In this document: piece by piece, positions 1 to 10,573 of the stretch
Numbering within the stretch: position 1 is the stretch's first letter
Layout: each line of letters opens with the position of its first letter
Virus record (IMG/VR): IMGVR_UViG_3300047274_000223
Reading direction: 5' to 3' (one strand)
Source of the DNA: a virus
Length of the DNA: 64,000 bases
The notes under the pieces: generated by a model
The model's input: the letters and a program-made list of their open reading frames with translations, nothing else
Databases searched by the model: none
What the model was told of the DNA's origin: nothing
Translations under genes and position numbers: made by a program

Positions 1-1262
1 TAACATCACCAGTATATTCATCCTCAGAAAAGAAAATTACTGTATATCACAATAACCATGGTATGCATGATCCAACAAATCATGTTACTATTTCGGATGT
101 TGTTTCTGAAATTTCCCCAACAATCTTAAGATCTTCAATTACTGCTGAGGATGTTTCAATTCCAGTAACAGATGCATCGGCCTTCCATACAACTATCAAT
201 GGATTGCCAATTAGTAATGATAATCCAGGTTACATTATGATCAATGGTGAGATTATGGCATACACCGATATCTCTGTGGATGGATTAACTATCACTCTTA
301 AGAGCAGTGGCGGTAGAGCTGTTGCTGGTGGAGAAGTTGCTTCATCACATACGGAAGGTGATCAGGTTGAATGTTATAATTTGGATGGCATTCCATTGAC
401 TGAAATTAATAAAACCCACGAAGGAATTACAAACCCAACACTCGATAGTTATCAGTTGACAGTTAATTCAGTATCCCTGGTTGGTATCCGTGGTGGTGGA
501 ACATCTGCTAATGCTACTCAAAACATTCCATATGAAGCAATAACTCCAATGATTGGCCAAGTGACAGTGAATGGTACTTCGATTACAGGAAGAATTAATA
601 CAGTTTCTGGTACTTCTATCAGTAGTAATCCAACGAATGAACCATCATTCGTAAATGATGGTAATTTCTTACCAGTAATCATCAATGAAAATAACTTACT
701 TGATAGACAATCAATTATTCTATCTGGAGTTAACGAATCTGTGAAATTGTCTGGCGCCAAATCTCTAACCATTGAATGCTTACTTGAAACAACATCAAGT
801 CTCCTATCACCAGTAATTGACCTCGATAGATGTAGTGTTATTACAACTACTAATAGAATTAATAATCCCGAGGATTATGAGACTGCAATTCTTGCTTCTG
901 GTGATAGCCATGATGCAACTTATATCACGAGAATGATTTCTTTGGATAACCAAGTATCAAGATCTCTCAAAGTATACTTTGATGCTTGGAGAACTGGTGG
1001 AACTGGATTTCGAGTTCTATATAGAACTGTACCTCCTGGTTTTGCTGGGAATGAGGAAACACTTTCATGGAACTGGTTTAATAATGATGGATCATCAGAT
1101 AGACCAGTGAATCCAGAAAATGACGTGGTATTTAGACCATATGAGTATACTGCAACTGGATTGGAATTTGTTAAGTTCCAGATCAAGATTGATATGTATT
1201 CTGATACTCAGGCTAAAGTACCACAAATCAAATACTTTAGAGCAGTTGCAACGGCATCATGA
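1..1262 (+). CDS. Virion structural protein, C-terminal part (5' truncated; frame open from base 3)
   Basis: The frame stays open upstream of the listed ATG (TSPVYSSSEKKITVYHNNHGMHDP). The VYHNNHGMH motif and a beta-rich C-terminus (QIKIDMYSDTQAKVPQIKYFRAVA) are typical of large cyanomyophage baseplate/structural proteins. Confidence 0.7.
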   Translation, partial: TSPVYSSSEKKITVYHNNHGMHDPTNHVTISDVVSEISPTILRSSITAEDVSIPVTDASAFHTTINGLPISNDNPGYIMINGEIMAYTDISVDGLTITLKSSGGRAVAGGEVASSHTEGDQVECYNLDGIPLTEINKTHEGITNPTLDSYQLTVNSVSLVGIRGGGTSANATQNIPYEAITPMIGQVTVNGTSITGRINTVSGTSISSNPTNEPSFVNDGNFLPVIINENNLLDRQSIILSGVNESVKLSGAKSLTIECLLETTSSLLSPVIDLDRCSVITTTNRINNPEDYETAILASGDSHDATYITRMISLDNQVSRSLKVYFDAWRTGGTGFRVLYRTVPPGFAGNEETLSWNWFNNDGSSDRPVNPENDVVFRPYEYTATGLEFVKFQIKIDMYSDTQAKVPQIKYFRAVATAS

Positions 1263-1498
1263 AGAAAAATTTTTTGCAGATTGAGAATCATCCCGACTTG
1301 GTTCGGGATGCCTCAACTGGTGCTATAATAAATAAGAATAACGATGAGTATCAGAACTATCTCGCCAACTATGAAAGGTTGAAACGAGAAAGAGATGAAA
1401 TGGAATCATTAAGAACTGACGTTTCTTCTTTAAAATCTGATATTGATGTTATTAAAACCTTGTTACTTAATTTGACGGAGAAACAGAATGACAATTGA
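1259..1498 (+). CDS. Conserved cyanophage hypothetical protein with C-terminal coiled coil
   Basis: ATGA overlap with the upstream stop; IENHPDLVRDASTGAIIN motif followed by a heptad-rich tail. Confidence 0.75.
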   Translation: MKKNFLQIENHPDLVRDASTGAIINKNNDEYQNYLANYERLKRERDEMESLRTDVSSLKSDIDVIKTLLLNLTEKQNDN

Positions 1499-1688
1499 AT
1501 CGACTAATTCGGAAGAACTTCTAAAATCATTTCGTGAGAGATATACAGGCCTCATTGAGGAAAACCAAAAGTTAACTCAAAAAATTAAAGAGAATGAAAT
1601 TCAAGCACTTAAACTTCTTGGTGCTATTGAAACCCTAGAGTATCTAGAAGCTAGTACAGAGCAACCAGTAGAAAATGTAGAAGAGTGA
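1488..1688 (+). CDS. Small coiled-coil hypothetical protein
   Basis: 66 aa, heptad pattern, GGAG upstream, followed by a terminator. Confidence 0.7.
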   Translation: MTIESTNSEELLKSFRERYTGLIEENQKLTQKIKENEIQALKLLGAIETLEYLEASTEQPVENVEE

Positions 1689-1692
1689 TATA

Positions 1693-1721
1693 TGGGGGGT
1701 CTTGGACCCCCTTTTCTTTTT
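1693..1721 (+). terminator. Rho-independent terminator
   Basis: GGGGGTC-TTG-GACCCCC stem-loop followed by TTTTCTTTTT. Confidence 0.85.
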
Positions 1722-1729
1722 TATAAATA
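1722..1729 (+). promoter_or_regulatory. T4-type late promoter (TATAAATA)
   Basis: Exact gp55 consensus directly upstream of the tail fibre gene. Confidence 0.85.
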
Positions 1730-1775
1730 CATAAGAGAATTATAGTATACCACCAGCAATTTGGGATATTAACCG

Positions 1776-4700
1776 ATGGCAAATAGAATTCAACTAAGAA
1801 GAGGATCTGCACAAGAATGGTCGAACGTAAACCCAACGTTGGCTATTGGAGAACTCGGAATTGAGATTGATACTGGTCGTATCAAAATTGGAGATGGCGT
1901 TACTCCATGGAACTCTTTGCGTTATGAAAGGCCGTTAGAATCTGTTGCCAACAGTGCTAATACTTTAGTTCAAAGAGATGCTGATGGTAACTTTTCAGCT
2001 GGTGCTATCACAGCATCCTTGATCGGAAATGCATCTACTGCTACTAGACTTGCCAACGTTAGACAGATTGCACTTACTGGAGAACTTAGCGGATCTGCAA
2101 CCTTCGATGGTTCATCCAACCTAAACATTTCTTCTACTCTGGCACTTGTTCCGTCACTACCACATTATGATGGAACTAATACTCCAACAGCATCTTACAC
2201 CAAGGTTACTGTAGACTCTAAAGGTAGAGTTATTGATGGCGAAAATCCAGCATCTATTGCTGATTACAATTTGGATGGGACAATTGAAGGCCAGTCAGCC
2301 CAACCATTTGATAGAGATCTTGTTGGTATTGCAGAATTAACAACTACAGGTCATATTGTTAGAGTATCTGATGGTAACATTGCAACAAGAACTGTTACTG
2401 GTACTGCTGGTAGAATTTCAGTTGTTAATGGTTCTGGTGTAGGTGGAAATCCAACTCTAGATCTCATCAATACCACCGTTGCTCCTGGTACATATAATAC
2501 TCCAACAGTTGCTGGTGCAACACAAACACTGAAAGCAACTAAATTTACTGTTGACCAGTGGGGTAGATTTACTTACGCTGAAGATTTTCCAATTGCAACA
2601 GCAGTGGAAGGTACAACTGCAAGTGTATGGTCAACTGGTACAACTTATAATCGTTACGATAAAGTAACTAATGGAGGCAGACTTTATCAAGCTTTAAATA
2701 CAGAAACTTCTGGTGCTACTGCCCCAACACATACAACTGGAGATGCTTCGGATGGAGCAGTATCCTGGAGACATCTTGCCCTAGTTACAACCCGTCAGAA
2801 GGGTCTAGCATCTTTCGATCAGGAAGACTTTGATGTAGATGCTAATGGTCATGTTCAAATTGCATTAGCAGGTGTAGATAATACTCAACTTCAAAATAAT
2901 CAGATTCGTTTTGCCGATGGAAACTCCTATACTGCTTATGAGCTCGATAATGAACTTACTGCTTCTACTGGCTATCGTGGTATTACAACAATCAACGATC
3001 TCTCTGTTAATACTACTGGTGGCAGCCCCTTGCTTAAGTGTCTGGCTGCTGATGATAATGTAGATATTAATACTACAACATCTACCATCTTCTCCGACAT
3101 TACTCTAGACAAAACCAGCACTGCAATTCAAACTATCAATCGTGCAGGTTCATTAACATTATTGATGGATGCAAATACTGCATCCAATAGATTCCTTCGT
3201 TTTACTGCTAATAATGCTGGTGCTGGTTTGGCAAAGATGGAAGTTCTTGCCGACGATGATATTACGATTACATCATCCAACTCTACTATTAGTGTTACAT
3301 CTCCACAACAAATTTCACTCATTTCCACTTCGGCCGATGTTCGAGTTGAGGATATTTATTTTGCAAATAATGTTCTAAGTTCAACCAATTCCACAATCGT
3401 ATTAGATCCAGCGGGAATTGGTGATGACACTGGAACTGTGCAGATCAAAGGCAATTTGCAAGTCGATGGAACAACTACAACTGTCAATTCAACGACTATC
3501 ACTATCGATGATGTTATCTTAACTCTAGGTGGGGATCAAACTCCAACTTCAGATGATAATAAGGATCGTGGTATTGAGTTTAAGTATTACGATACTCAAG
3601 CAAGACTAGGTTTCTATGGTTGGGATGATTCATATACAACTCTAACTGGAACTACTGGTGGTTATCGCTTTCTCTACAATGCAACAAATACTTCTGAAGT
3701 CTTTACTGGTACTGATGCTGGTCTTATTGCTGGCAACCTTGCCCTCAGTAGTAACGTTGGTTCAACTAGTACATCCACAGGCACTCTGGTAGTCACAGGA
3801 GGCGCTGGAATCAGTCAGAACCTTAATGTTGGTGGAACGACCACTGCTGCTGGTGCAGTAACCTTACAGAGCACTCTAGGTGTCACTGATCTAGCAACAT
3901 TCAATAACGGTGTTACGATTGCTGGTAATACTACAGCAGCAACAGAATATTTCAGAATCACCAATGGTGCTGGAGCTCCAGTTACTAAATTCTTGGTTGA
4001 CTCTGCTACAGGTAATACTACAATTGAAGGAACTGTAGATGTAACAGATAACGTTACTCTCAATAAGAATGTAACAATTGTCGGATCAAACACTGCTGCA
4101 ACAGAATACTTTAAGATTCAGAATGCTTCATCTACCGATAAGTTTGTTGTAGATTCTTCTTCTGGTAATACCAGTATTTCTGGAACTCTTGGAGTTACTG
4201 GTGCTACTACTTTAAGTTCAACCTTAGGTGTTACTGCTGCTACTACTTTAAGTTCAACTTTAGGGGTTACTGGTGCTACTACTTTAAGTTCAACTCTTGG
4301 AGTTACTGGAAACACAACCCTAACTGGAAATTTAACCACTCAGAGTGGATCATATATTCACATTCAAAATACCGATGCACCGACAGTAGCAATTGATGGA
4401 TCAAATAACTACATCATTGGAAGCTCCGACTACGGTTCATTCCGACTCGACGGTGGAGGATATTTTGGAAATACTGTTCTATTTGCAAGTGATATCTATG
4501 TAAATGGTGCGGTTAATGTGAAGGACGCTGGTTCTGGTGGTACGGCATCTACAGTTAATAACCTTTCTGTTCGTTATAGAACAACTCTAGGTTCATCGTT
4601 TGCATTTACTGGCACTTACGCATCAGATACCTCTCACAACTTAAGAGTAACTGGCAGTGCTGGTATTCAAACTGACTTGTATGTTGGAGATGATTTCTAT

Positions 4701-7052
4701 GTTGGTAAATTAAATTCTGGAAGTGCAACTAAATTCACGGTTCTTGGTGAAACTGGAAATACAGATATTCAAGGAACACTAGATGTTGTTGGAAATGTAA
4801 CTTTATCTGCAGATTTGGCAGTTAATGGGGGAGATCTAACTACAAATCAATCTACGTTTAATCTGATTAATACTACTGCATCTACAGTAAATATTGCTGG
4901 TGCTGGTACAACTGTTCAGATCGGTGCTGCAACAGGTACAACAACAGTTAGAAATAACCTAACAATTGGTGGCAACTTAACTGTAAGCGGATCTACAACA
5001 TATGTAAATTCAACGGTTACAACAATAAAAGATCCAGTTATTACTTTAGGTGGTTCTGACAGTGGTGGTAATGCCACTTCAGATGATAATAAAGATCGTG
5101 GTATTGAATTTAAGTACTATACAACTTCAGCTAAAACTGGATTCTTTGGATGGGATGATTCTTCTGCTGGGTACAGGTTCCTTGAAGATGCAACTAATAG
5201 TTCGGAAGTATTCAGTGGAACTGATGCTACATTATATGCAGGTTCATTAACCCTATCAAAGACTGGAACTGCATTATCGGTAACAAACAATGCATCAATC
5301 GGAGGAACTTTAGCAGTTACTGGAACTTCCATATTCACTGGAACCATTGATGCAAATGGTGGTATGGATGCTAAGAATATTAGACTTGGCATTTCTGCGG
5401 TAAATGAAATTGACACTATCGTAGGAAATCTAGTACTAGATTCAGCAAGTGGTACTACTCAAGTTGATGATGCTCTAACTGTAAGTGGATTGCTAACTGC
5501 TACTGCAGGCGGTGATGCTGTTCTAACCGCAAGGGATGCTAGGAAGTGGACTACTGCTAGAACACTAACAGTTAGTGGTGATATGACTGGTTCATCAACA
5601 TTTGATGGATCTGCGGCTATGGCTCTTGCAATTACCTTGAATGATACCGTAACTGCAGGAACTTACAAATCTGTAACTGTAGATAGTAAAGGAAGAGTAA
5701 CTGCGGGTACGAATCCAACGACACTATCTGGATACGGTATTACTGATGCACAACCCCTAGATTCCGATCTTACTGCTATTGCTGGATTATCAACAACTGG
5801 ATTAATTATAAGATCTGCAACAGGAGCAGCAGTTACTAGATCAATTGCAGTTTCTGGTACTGGATTATCAATCAATAATGCTGATGGCGTAACTAACAAT
5901 CCAACGATTTCAATCAATGCAACATCAGCAAACAATGTAAATACTGTTGTAGCAAGAAACTCAACTGGCGGATTTAATGCAGGTACAATTACAGCAACTC
6001 TATCAGGCAATGCTTCAACTGCAACAACACTAGAAACCGCAAGAACGATTGGTATCTCTGGAGATGGTACTGGAACTGCAACATCCTTTAACGGATCTGC
6101 AAATATCACCATTCCATTTACCCTAGCAAATTCTGGTGTATCTGCTGGTACTTATACAAAGGTTACTGTTGATACTAAGGGTAGAGTAACAACAGGTGCT
6201 ACTGCATCATCGGATGATCTGACTGCAGGAACAACAAATCTATTCTTTACTGATGAAAGAGCTCAGGATGCAATGAATGCTGCCTTAGTTACCAATTCAT
6301 CTCACAGTGGTATATCAGTTGCATACAATGATGCTGGAAATGCATTCAATATTACAAGATCTCCACTTTCATATAGTTCATCAACATATAGTGGAGATGG
6401 TTCGACTGTTTATTTTGACGCATTAGCAGGTAGATCAGTTCTTGATATTTTGGCAATTGTTGGTGGATTAATCCAAACTCCAGCAACAGAATACAATTAC
6501 TACGATCAGGTTGTTCTATCGGGAGTTGGAGGTCATGAAGGTGAAAGTACAATTGTGGTTTCATCAAATGCTGGACTAACTACTGGTCAGGCAGTTACTG
6601 GAACTGGAATTGGATCTAGTGCCAGAATTACAAATATTTCTGGCACTACAATCACATTATCTTCAGCAAACACTAGTGCTCTTAAGAGAAATACAATCAC
6701 ATCTTCCACATTTGTAGGACCACAAGTTACTGGACAAAACAACCAAACTTATACCAATGTGGCAGCGACTGGTGGTACTGGAACTGGAGCTACATTTAAT
6801 GTCACAAGAGGAACTGCTGGTGTCTTGACAAACGTTACTATTAACAATGGTGGTAAGGATTATGTTTCTGGTCAGGTTTTAACTATTCCAGGAAACTTGG
6901 TTGGTGGTTCAACTCCAACTCACGATATCACAGTTACAATCACAAACACAAATACCACCACAACTACGGCTACATTTGGAGCACTAGTCAAGTTTAATAC
7001 TGCTCCAGCATCTGCTTCAAATAATGTTTCACTCCGTTACTTACCACTATAA
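1776..7052 (+). CDS. Long tail fibre / receptor-binding structural protein
   Basis: N-terminal RIQLRRG...GELGIEIDTGRIKIGDG module; three VTVD(S/T)KGRV fibre motifs; two DDNKDRGIEFKYY modules; CBM-like W-x4-Y-x3-D-x-V segment; T/G/S/A-rich. Confidence 0.85.
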   Translation: MANRIQLRRGSAQEWSNVNPTLAIGELGIEIDTGRIKIGDGVTPWNSLRYERPLESVANSANTLVQRDADGNFSAGAITASLIGNASTATRLANVRQIALTGELSGSATFDGSSNLNISSTLALVPSLPHYDGTNTPTASYTKVTVDSKGRVIDGENPASIADYNLDGTIEGQSAQPFDRDLVGIAELTTTGHIVRVSDGNIATRTVTGTAGRISVVNGSGVGGNPTLDLINTTVAPGTYNTPTVAGATQTLKATKFTVDQWGRFTYAEDFPIATAVEGTTASVWSTGTTYNRYDKVTNGGRLYQALNTETSGATAPTHTTGDASDGAVSWRHLALVTTRQKGLASFDQEDFDVDANGHVQIALAGVDNTQLQNNQIRFADGNSYTAYELDNELTASTGYRGITTINDLSVNTTGGSPLLKCLAADDNVDINTTTSTIFSDITLDKTSTAIQTINRAGSLTLLMDANTASNRFLRFTANNAGAGLAKMEVLADDDITITSSNSTISVTSPQQISLISTSADVRVEDIYFANNVLSSTNSTIVLDPAGIGDDTGTVQIKGNLQVDGTTTTVNSTTITIDDVILTLGGDQTPTSDDNKDRGIEFKYYDTQARLGFYGWDDSYTTLTGTTGGYRFLYNATNTSEVFTGTDAGLIAGNLALSSNVGSTSTSTGTLVVTGGAGISQNLNVGGTTTAAGAVTLQSTLGVTDLATFNNGVTIAGNTTAATEYFRITNGAGAPVTKFLVDSATGNTTIEGTVDVTDNVTLNKNVTIVGSNTAATEYFKIQNASSTDKFVVDSSSGNTSISGTLGVTGATTLSSTLGVTAATTLSSTLGVTGATTLSSTLGVTGNTTLTGNLTTQSGSYIHIQNTDAPTVAIDGSNNYIIGSSDYGSFRLDGGGYFGNTVLFASDIYVNGAVNVKDAGSGGTASTVNNLSVRYRTTLGSSFAFTGTYASDTSHNLRVTGSAGIQTDLYVGDDFYVGKLNSGSATKFTVLGETGNTDIQGTLDVVGNVTLSADLAVNGGDLTTNQSTFNLINTTASTVNIAGAGTTVQIGAATGTTTVRNNLTIGGNLTVSGSTTYVNSTVTTIKDPVITLGGSDSGGNATSDDNKDRGIEFKYYTTSAKTGFFGWDDSSAGYRFLEDATNSSEVFSGTDATLYAGSLTLSKTGTALSVTNNASIGGTLAVTGTSIFTGTIDANGGMDAKNIRLGISAVNEIDTIVGNLVLDSASGTTQVDDALTVSGLLTATAGGDAVLTARDARKWTTARTLTVSGDMTGSSTFDGSAAMALAITLNDTVTAGTYKSVTVDSKGRVTAGTNPTTLSGYGITDAQPLDSDLTAIAGLSTTGLIIRSATGAAVTRSIAVSGTGLSINNADGVTNNPTISINATSANNVNTVVARNSTGGFNAGTITATLSGNASTATTLETARTIGISGDGTGTATSFNGSANITIPFTLANSGVSAGTYTKVTVDTKGRVTTGATASSDDLTAGTTNLFFTDERAQDAMNAALVTNSSHSGISVAYNDAGNAFNITRSPLSYSSSTYSGDGSTVYFDALAGRSVLDILAIVGGLIQTPATEYNYYDQVVLSGVGGHEGESTIVVSSNAGLTTGQAVTGTGIGSSARITNISGTTITLSSANTSALKRNTITSSTFVGPQVTGQNNQTYTNVAATGGTGTGATFNVTRGTAGVLTNVTINNGGKDYVSGQVLTIPGNLVGGSTPTHDITVTITNTNTTTTTATFGALVKFNTAPASASNNVSLRYLPL
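4185..4310 (+). repeat. 36-bp tandem repeat, 3.5 copies (TLGVTGATTLSS)
   Basis: Units begin at 4185, 4221, 4257 and 4293 (partial), with synonymous differences. Confidence 0.95.
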
Positions 7053-7057
7053 GAACT

Positions 7058-7864
7058 ATGTCAGCATCCCAACCAGCAACTAGAGCAGAGTTTAAAGCAT
7101 GGTGTCTAAGGAGACTTGGATATCCAGCTATTGATATTAACGTGTGTGATGAACAACTTGATGACCTCATCGATGAGGCCATTTCACATTTCCAAGAGTT
7201 TCACTACGAAGGATCATATAGGACTTTAATTAAAATTGAAGTCACAGAAAATATGAAGACAGTAGCAACTAGTTCTTCTGCTGTTGGTGCTACATCTTGG
7301 TTGGAAGCAAATCCTTATGTAGAACTTCCTCCTGGTGTGCAGGGAGTTGATAATGTTTTCACCCAGGTTTCAACATCATCTTCAATTCCAGGTAATATTT
7401 TTAATATTAAGTATCAATTATTCTTGAATGACATTTATGCATTTACGAATAATCAGATTCTACATTATTATATGGTTCAGAATTATCTTGAAACTCTTGA
7501 CTGGGTTACTAACTCAAGACTATACAAGAGATTGAGATACACTGCAAATACAAATAAGTTGTATGTAGATATTGATTGGAGTGAACTTGGTGTTGGTGAG
7601 TATATTGTAGTCGATTGTATGATGGGTGTAGACCCAACTTTATACCCCAAAACTTGGAATGAGCATTGGTTAAAAGATTATGCCACTGCACTCTTTAAGG
7701 AGCAGTGGGGACAGAATCTAAGTAAGTATGATGGAATCCAAATGCTAGGTGGAGTAACTTTGAATGGCAGAAAGATTCTTGAAGAAGCAAAAGAAGAATT
7801 GAAGGATCTCAAGGAAGAATTGAGAAACACCTTCGAATTACCACCAATGGATTTAATCGGTTAA
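7058..7864 (+). CDS. gp13: Neck protein gp13
   Basis: CLRRLGYPAIDINV start, EQWGQNLSKYDGIQMLGGVTLNG end; T4 synteny. Confidence 0.95.
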   Translation: MSASQPATRAEFKAWCLRRLGYPAIDINVCDEQLDDLIDEAISHFQEFHYEGSYRTLIKIEVTENMKTVATSSSAVGATSWLEANPYVELPPGVQGVDNVFTQVSTSSSIPGNIFNIKYQLFLNDIYAFTNNQILHYYMVQNYLETLDWVTNSRLYKRLRYTANTNKLYVDIDWSELGVGEYIVVDCMMGVDPTLYPKTWNEHWLKDYATALFKEQWGQNLSKYDGIQMLGGVTLNGRKILEEAKEELKDLKEELRNTFELPPMDLIG

Positions 7865-7868
7865 TCCT

Positions 7869-8789
7869 ATGTCAGAACATACCGCATCAGCTTGCACACA
7901 AAGTCCTGATCCCGCTCCTGGTTGTAGATTACGCCTAAATGGTACTCTAGGGGAACAGAATCTTTTAAATGACTTGATCACAGAATCAATTGATATCTAT
8001 GGTCAGGATGTATATTATCTACCAAGAACCTTAGTTAAGGAAGATAAATTATTCACGGAGGATACATTATCCAAGTTTGAAGGAAATTATTTAATGCGAG
8101 CCTACTGCAATACTGTAGACGGATGGGAAGGACAAGGTGATTTACTATCCAAGTTTGGTATTCGTATTGAAGATAAGACCACTTTTATTGTATCACGAAG
8201 AAGATTCGCACAACTAGTTGACGACAATACAAATTTAATTACTGAAGGAAGACCGAATGAAGGAGATTTGATTTGGGCTGCATTTTCGAGTGATCTGTAT
8301 CAGATCACTTTTGTTGAGCACGAAAAACCATTTTATCAACTCGGTAAAGGATATGTTTGGGAGATAAAGTGTGAACTCTTCCAATACAGTCATGAAGATC
8401 TTGATACTGGAATTGATGATGTTGACGAGATTGAGTCTGAGGTTGGATATACATTAGATCTAGCATTTGCTGTTGGTGGTACTGGTAACTTTGACGTTGG
8501 TGAAATTGTTTCTGGTGCGACATCTGGTGCTGATGGTGAGGTCGTATCCTGGGATCCAACAACCAGGAAACTGGTACTAAATAATTTGACAGGTTCATTC
8601 AAAGATAATGAAGTTGTCACTGGAAATACTTCTGGTGCTTCATGGACCGTCGATATCTTAGATTCTCTCAATATGGGAAGTTTTGACGGTGCTATGAATA
8701 AATACTTTGAAGTACAAGGAGACATGATTCTCGACTTTACAGAACAAAATCCATTCGGTGAGATTGGAAATATGGGAGATAGATTCTAA
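7869..8789 (+). CDS. gp14: Neck protein gp14
   Basis: ESIDIYGQDVYYLPR, LSKFGIRIED, RPNEGDLI, CELFQYS and FTEQNPFGE motifs. Confidence 0.95.
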   Translation: MSEHTASACTQSPDPAPGCRLRLNGTLGEQNLLNDLITESIDIYGQDVYYLPRTLVKEDKLFTEDTLSKFEGNYLMRAYCNTVDGWEGQGDLLSKFGIRIEDKTTFIVSRRRFAQLVDDNTNLITEGRPNEGDLIWAAFSSDLYQITFVEHEKPFYQLGKGYVWEIKCELFQYSHEDLDTGIDDVDEIESEVGYTLDLAFAVGGTGNFDVGEIVSGATSGADGEVVSWDPTTRKLVLNNLTGSFKDNEVVTGNTSGASWTVDILDSLNMGSFDGAMNKYFEVQGDMILDFTEQNPFGEIGNMGDRF

Positions 8790-9592
8790 TGTTAGGCCAG
8801 TATAGTTATCACGAAATTTTTAAAAAGACCATTATTGGTTTTGGTACTCTTTTCAATAACATACAATTAAGAAGAGTTTCTAATGACAAAACAGAGGTAA
8901 TGAAGGTTCCTCTGGCATATGGTCCTGCGGAGAAATTTCTTGCTCGCCTAAGGCAGACTCCAGATCCCCAAAATGCAAAGGTCCAAATCACTTTACCTCG
9001 AATATCATTCGAGATGGATACCATTCAGTATGATAGCGATAGGAAAGTTGCTCCCACCCAAAGCATCAAGTTTAAAAATGCTGGTGCAAATGATGGTATG
9101 TCAACGGCATACATGCCAGTTCCATATAATCTTGGATTTACTCTAAGTGTCATTTCAAAGAATCAAGATGACGCCCTACAAATTGTAGAGCAGATTCTAC
9201 CATATTTCCAACCTTCATACAACTTCACTGTAGATTTGGTTCCTCAAATCGGAGAAGTAAAGGATATAATTGTTAATATGGATAGTGTCAGTTTTGAGGA
9301 TGATTATGATGGAGAATTTGATCAGAGAAGGGCACTAATATACACCTTCAAATTTACAGCAAAAACATATCTGTATGGACCAGTAAGAGAACCATCAGTT
9401 ATCAGAAAGGCACAGGTCGATACTTATACTTCTATGGATACAGTAAATGCACCAAGAGAAGTAAGGTACACTGTTACACCAGATCCACTCAATGCAGAAG
9501 CCGATGATGATTTCGGATTCAGTGAAGTGTTCTCAGAATTTACGGACATGCAAAAATGGAATCCCGATACAGGAGCGGATGAACCCTTATGA
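8789..9592 (+). CDS. gp15: Tail sheath stabiliser / completion protein gp15
   Basis: FGTLFNNI, KVPLAYGP, LPRISFEM and QIVEQILPYFQP motifs. Confidence 0.95.
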   Translation: MLGQYSYHEIFKKTIIGFGTLFNNIQLRRVSNDKTEVMKVPLAYGPAEKFLARLRQTPDPQNAKVQITLPRISFEMDTIQYDSDRKVAPTQSIKFKNAGANDGMSTAYMPVPYNLGFTLSVISKNQDDALQIVEQILPYFQPSYNFTVDLVPQIGEVKDIIVNMDSVSFEDDYDGEFDQRRALIYTFKFTAKTYLYGPVREPSVIRKAQVDTYTSMDTVNAPREVRYTVTPDPLNAEADDDFGFSEVFSEFTDMQKWNPDTGADEPL

Positions 9593-9990
9593 GTAGTTAT
9601 GATGGATTAGACGAGGTTTTTGATGTGGAATCAACTGAGATTGTTGAAGCAAAACCAGAAGTTCCACAATCACAAAAACCAGAAATACAGCAAGATTATG
9701 AAGTAACTAGAGCACAGTTACACAATCTTGTTATGAAAGGACAAGAAGCTATCGATGGAATCTTAGATGTTGCCAGAAGTTCTGATCATCCAAGAGCATA
9801 CGAAGTTGCTGGTCAATTGATTAAGAACGTAGCTGATGTTGCAGATAAATTGATCGACCTTCAGAAAAAGATGAAAGATATCGATGAGAAACCTAGATCA
9901 AGTCCTACTACAGTTAATAATACTATGTTTGTTGGATCAACATCAGAGTTGGCAAAACTTCTCAAACAAAATTCCAAACAAACTAAATAA
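9589..9990 (+). CDS. gp16: Terminase small subunit gp16
   Basis: HPRAYEVAGQLIK and NNTMFVGSTSEL motifs. Confidence 0.93.
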   Translation: MSSYDGLDEVFDVESTEIVEAKPEVPQSQKPEIQQDYEVTRAQLHNLVMKGQEAIDGILDVARSSDHPRAYEVAGQLIKNVADVADKLIDLQKKMKDIDEKPRSSPTTVNNTMFVGSTSELAKLLKQNSKQTK

Positions 9991-10023
9991 AGTATAGGAA
10001 AGAAATTATTTTGGAGTAAATAA

Positions 10024-10572
10024 ATGACGGTTTTAAAGTTGGTGCAGCATTTAACACCACTCATCGATAATTCTGCTACTGTTAAATATACAGATCCAGC
10101 AATTGTGAAATCTGGTGTTTATAAAGTAAGCAACGCAGATACTCATTCATGTAAGGTTTGTATTGGTGGGAATCCACTTATTGTCGATGATGACGCTTGC
10201 CATATTTTACCAGGAGAGGTCGCTATTGTTAAAGCAGCAACTCCAAAAAGAGCACAAGTTATTGGAATAACTAAGGGTGCTACCACAGTTCTAAATGTAG
10301 ATCAAGATGGAAGAAAGCCATCGCATCCATTTAGAGTTGGTGATTACGTGACCATTACTGGTTCTTCAGTAGCAGCATACAACTCTGGTATTGCACATGT
10401 GGCGATAACAGCAATTACCGATACCACTATTACTGTTAGTGTTGATTCATCCGCATATTCAAATTTTACTGGAACTGCAACTCTAAGTAATTCTATTAAA
10501 ATTTCCGCCAAAGGAGATACTAATAATGGTTTAACTGTTTATTGTTCTGAGGTTCAAGTTGTAGGTGGTTGA
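10024..10572 (+). CDS. Hypothetical virion protein (beta-rich, HPFRVGDYVTI segment)
   Basis: Downstream of late promoter CTAAATA at 9983-9989; composition resembles a structural protein. Confidence 0.65.
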   Translation: MTVLKLVQHLTPLIDNSATVKYTDPAIVKSGVYKVSNADTHSCKVCIGGNPLIVDDDACHILPGEVAIVKAATPKRAQVIGITKGATTVLNVDQDGRKPSHPFRVGDYVTITGSSVAAYNSGIAHVAITAITDTTITVSVDSSAYSNFTGTATLSNSIKISAKGDTNNGLTVYCSEVQVVGG

Positions 10573-10573
10573 T

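Noticed and set aside
4185-4310. Regularly spaced 36-bp repeats as a possible CRISPR or mini-array
   Set aside because: Head-to-tail coding repeats with synonymous variation and no spacers; the same applies to the 24-bp repeat at 53191-53251.
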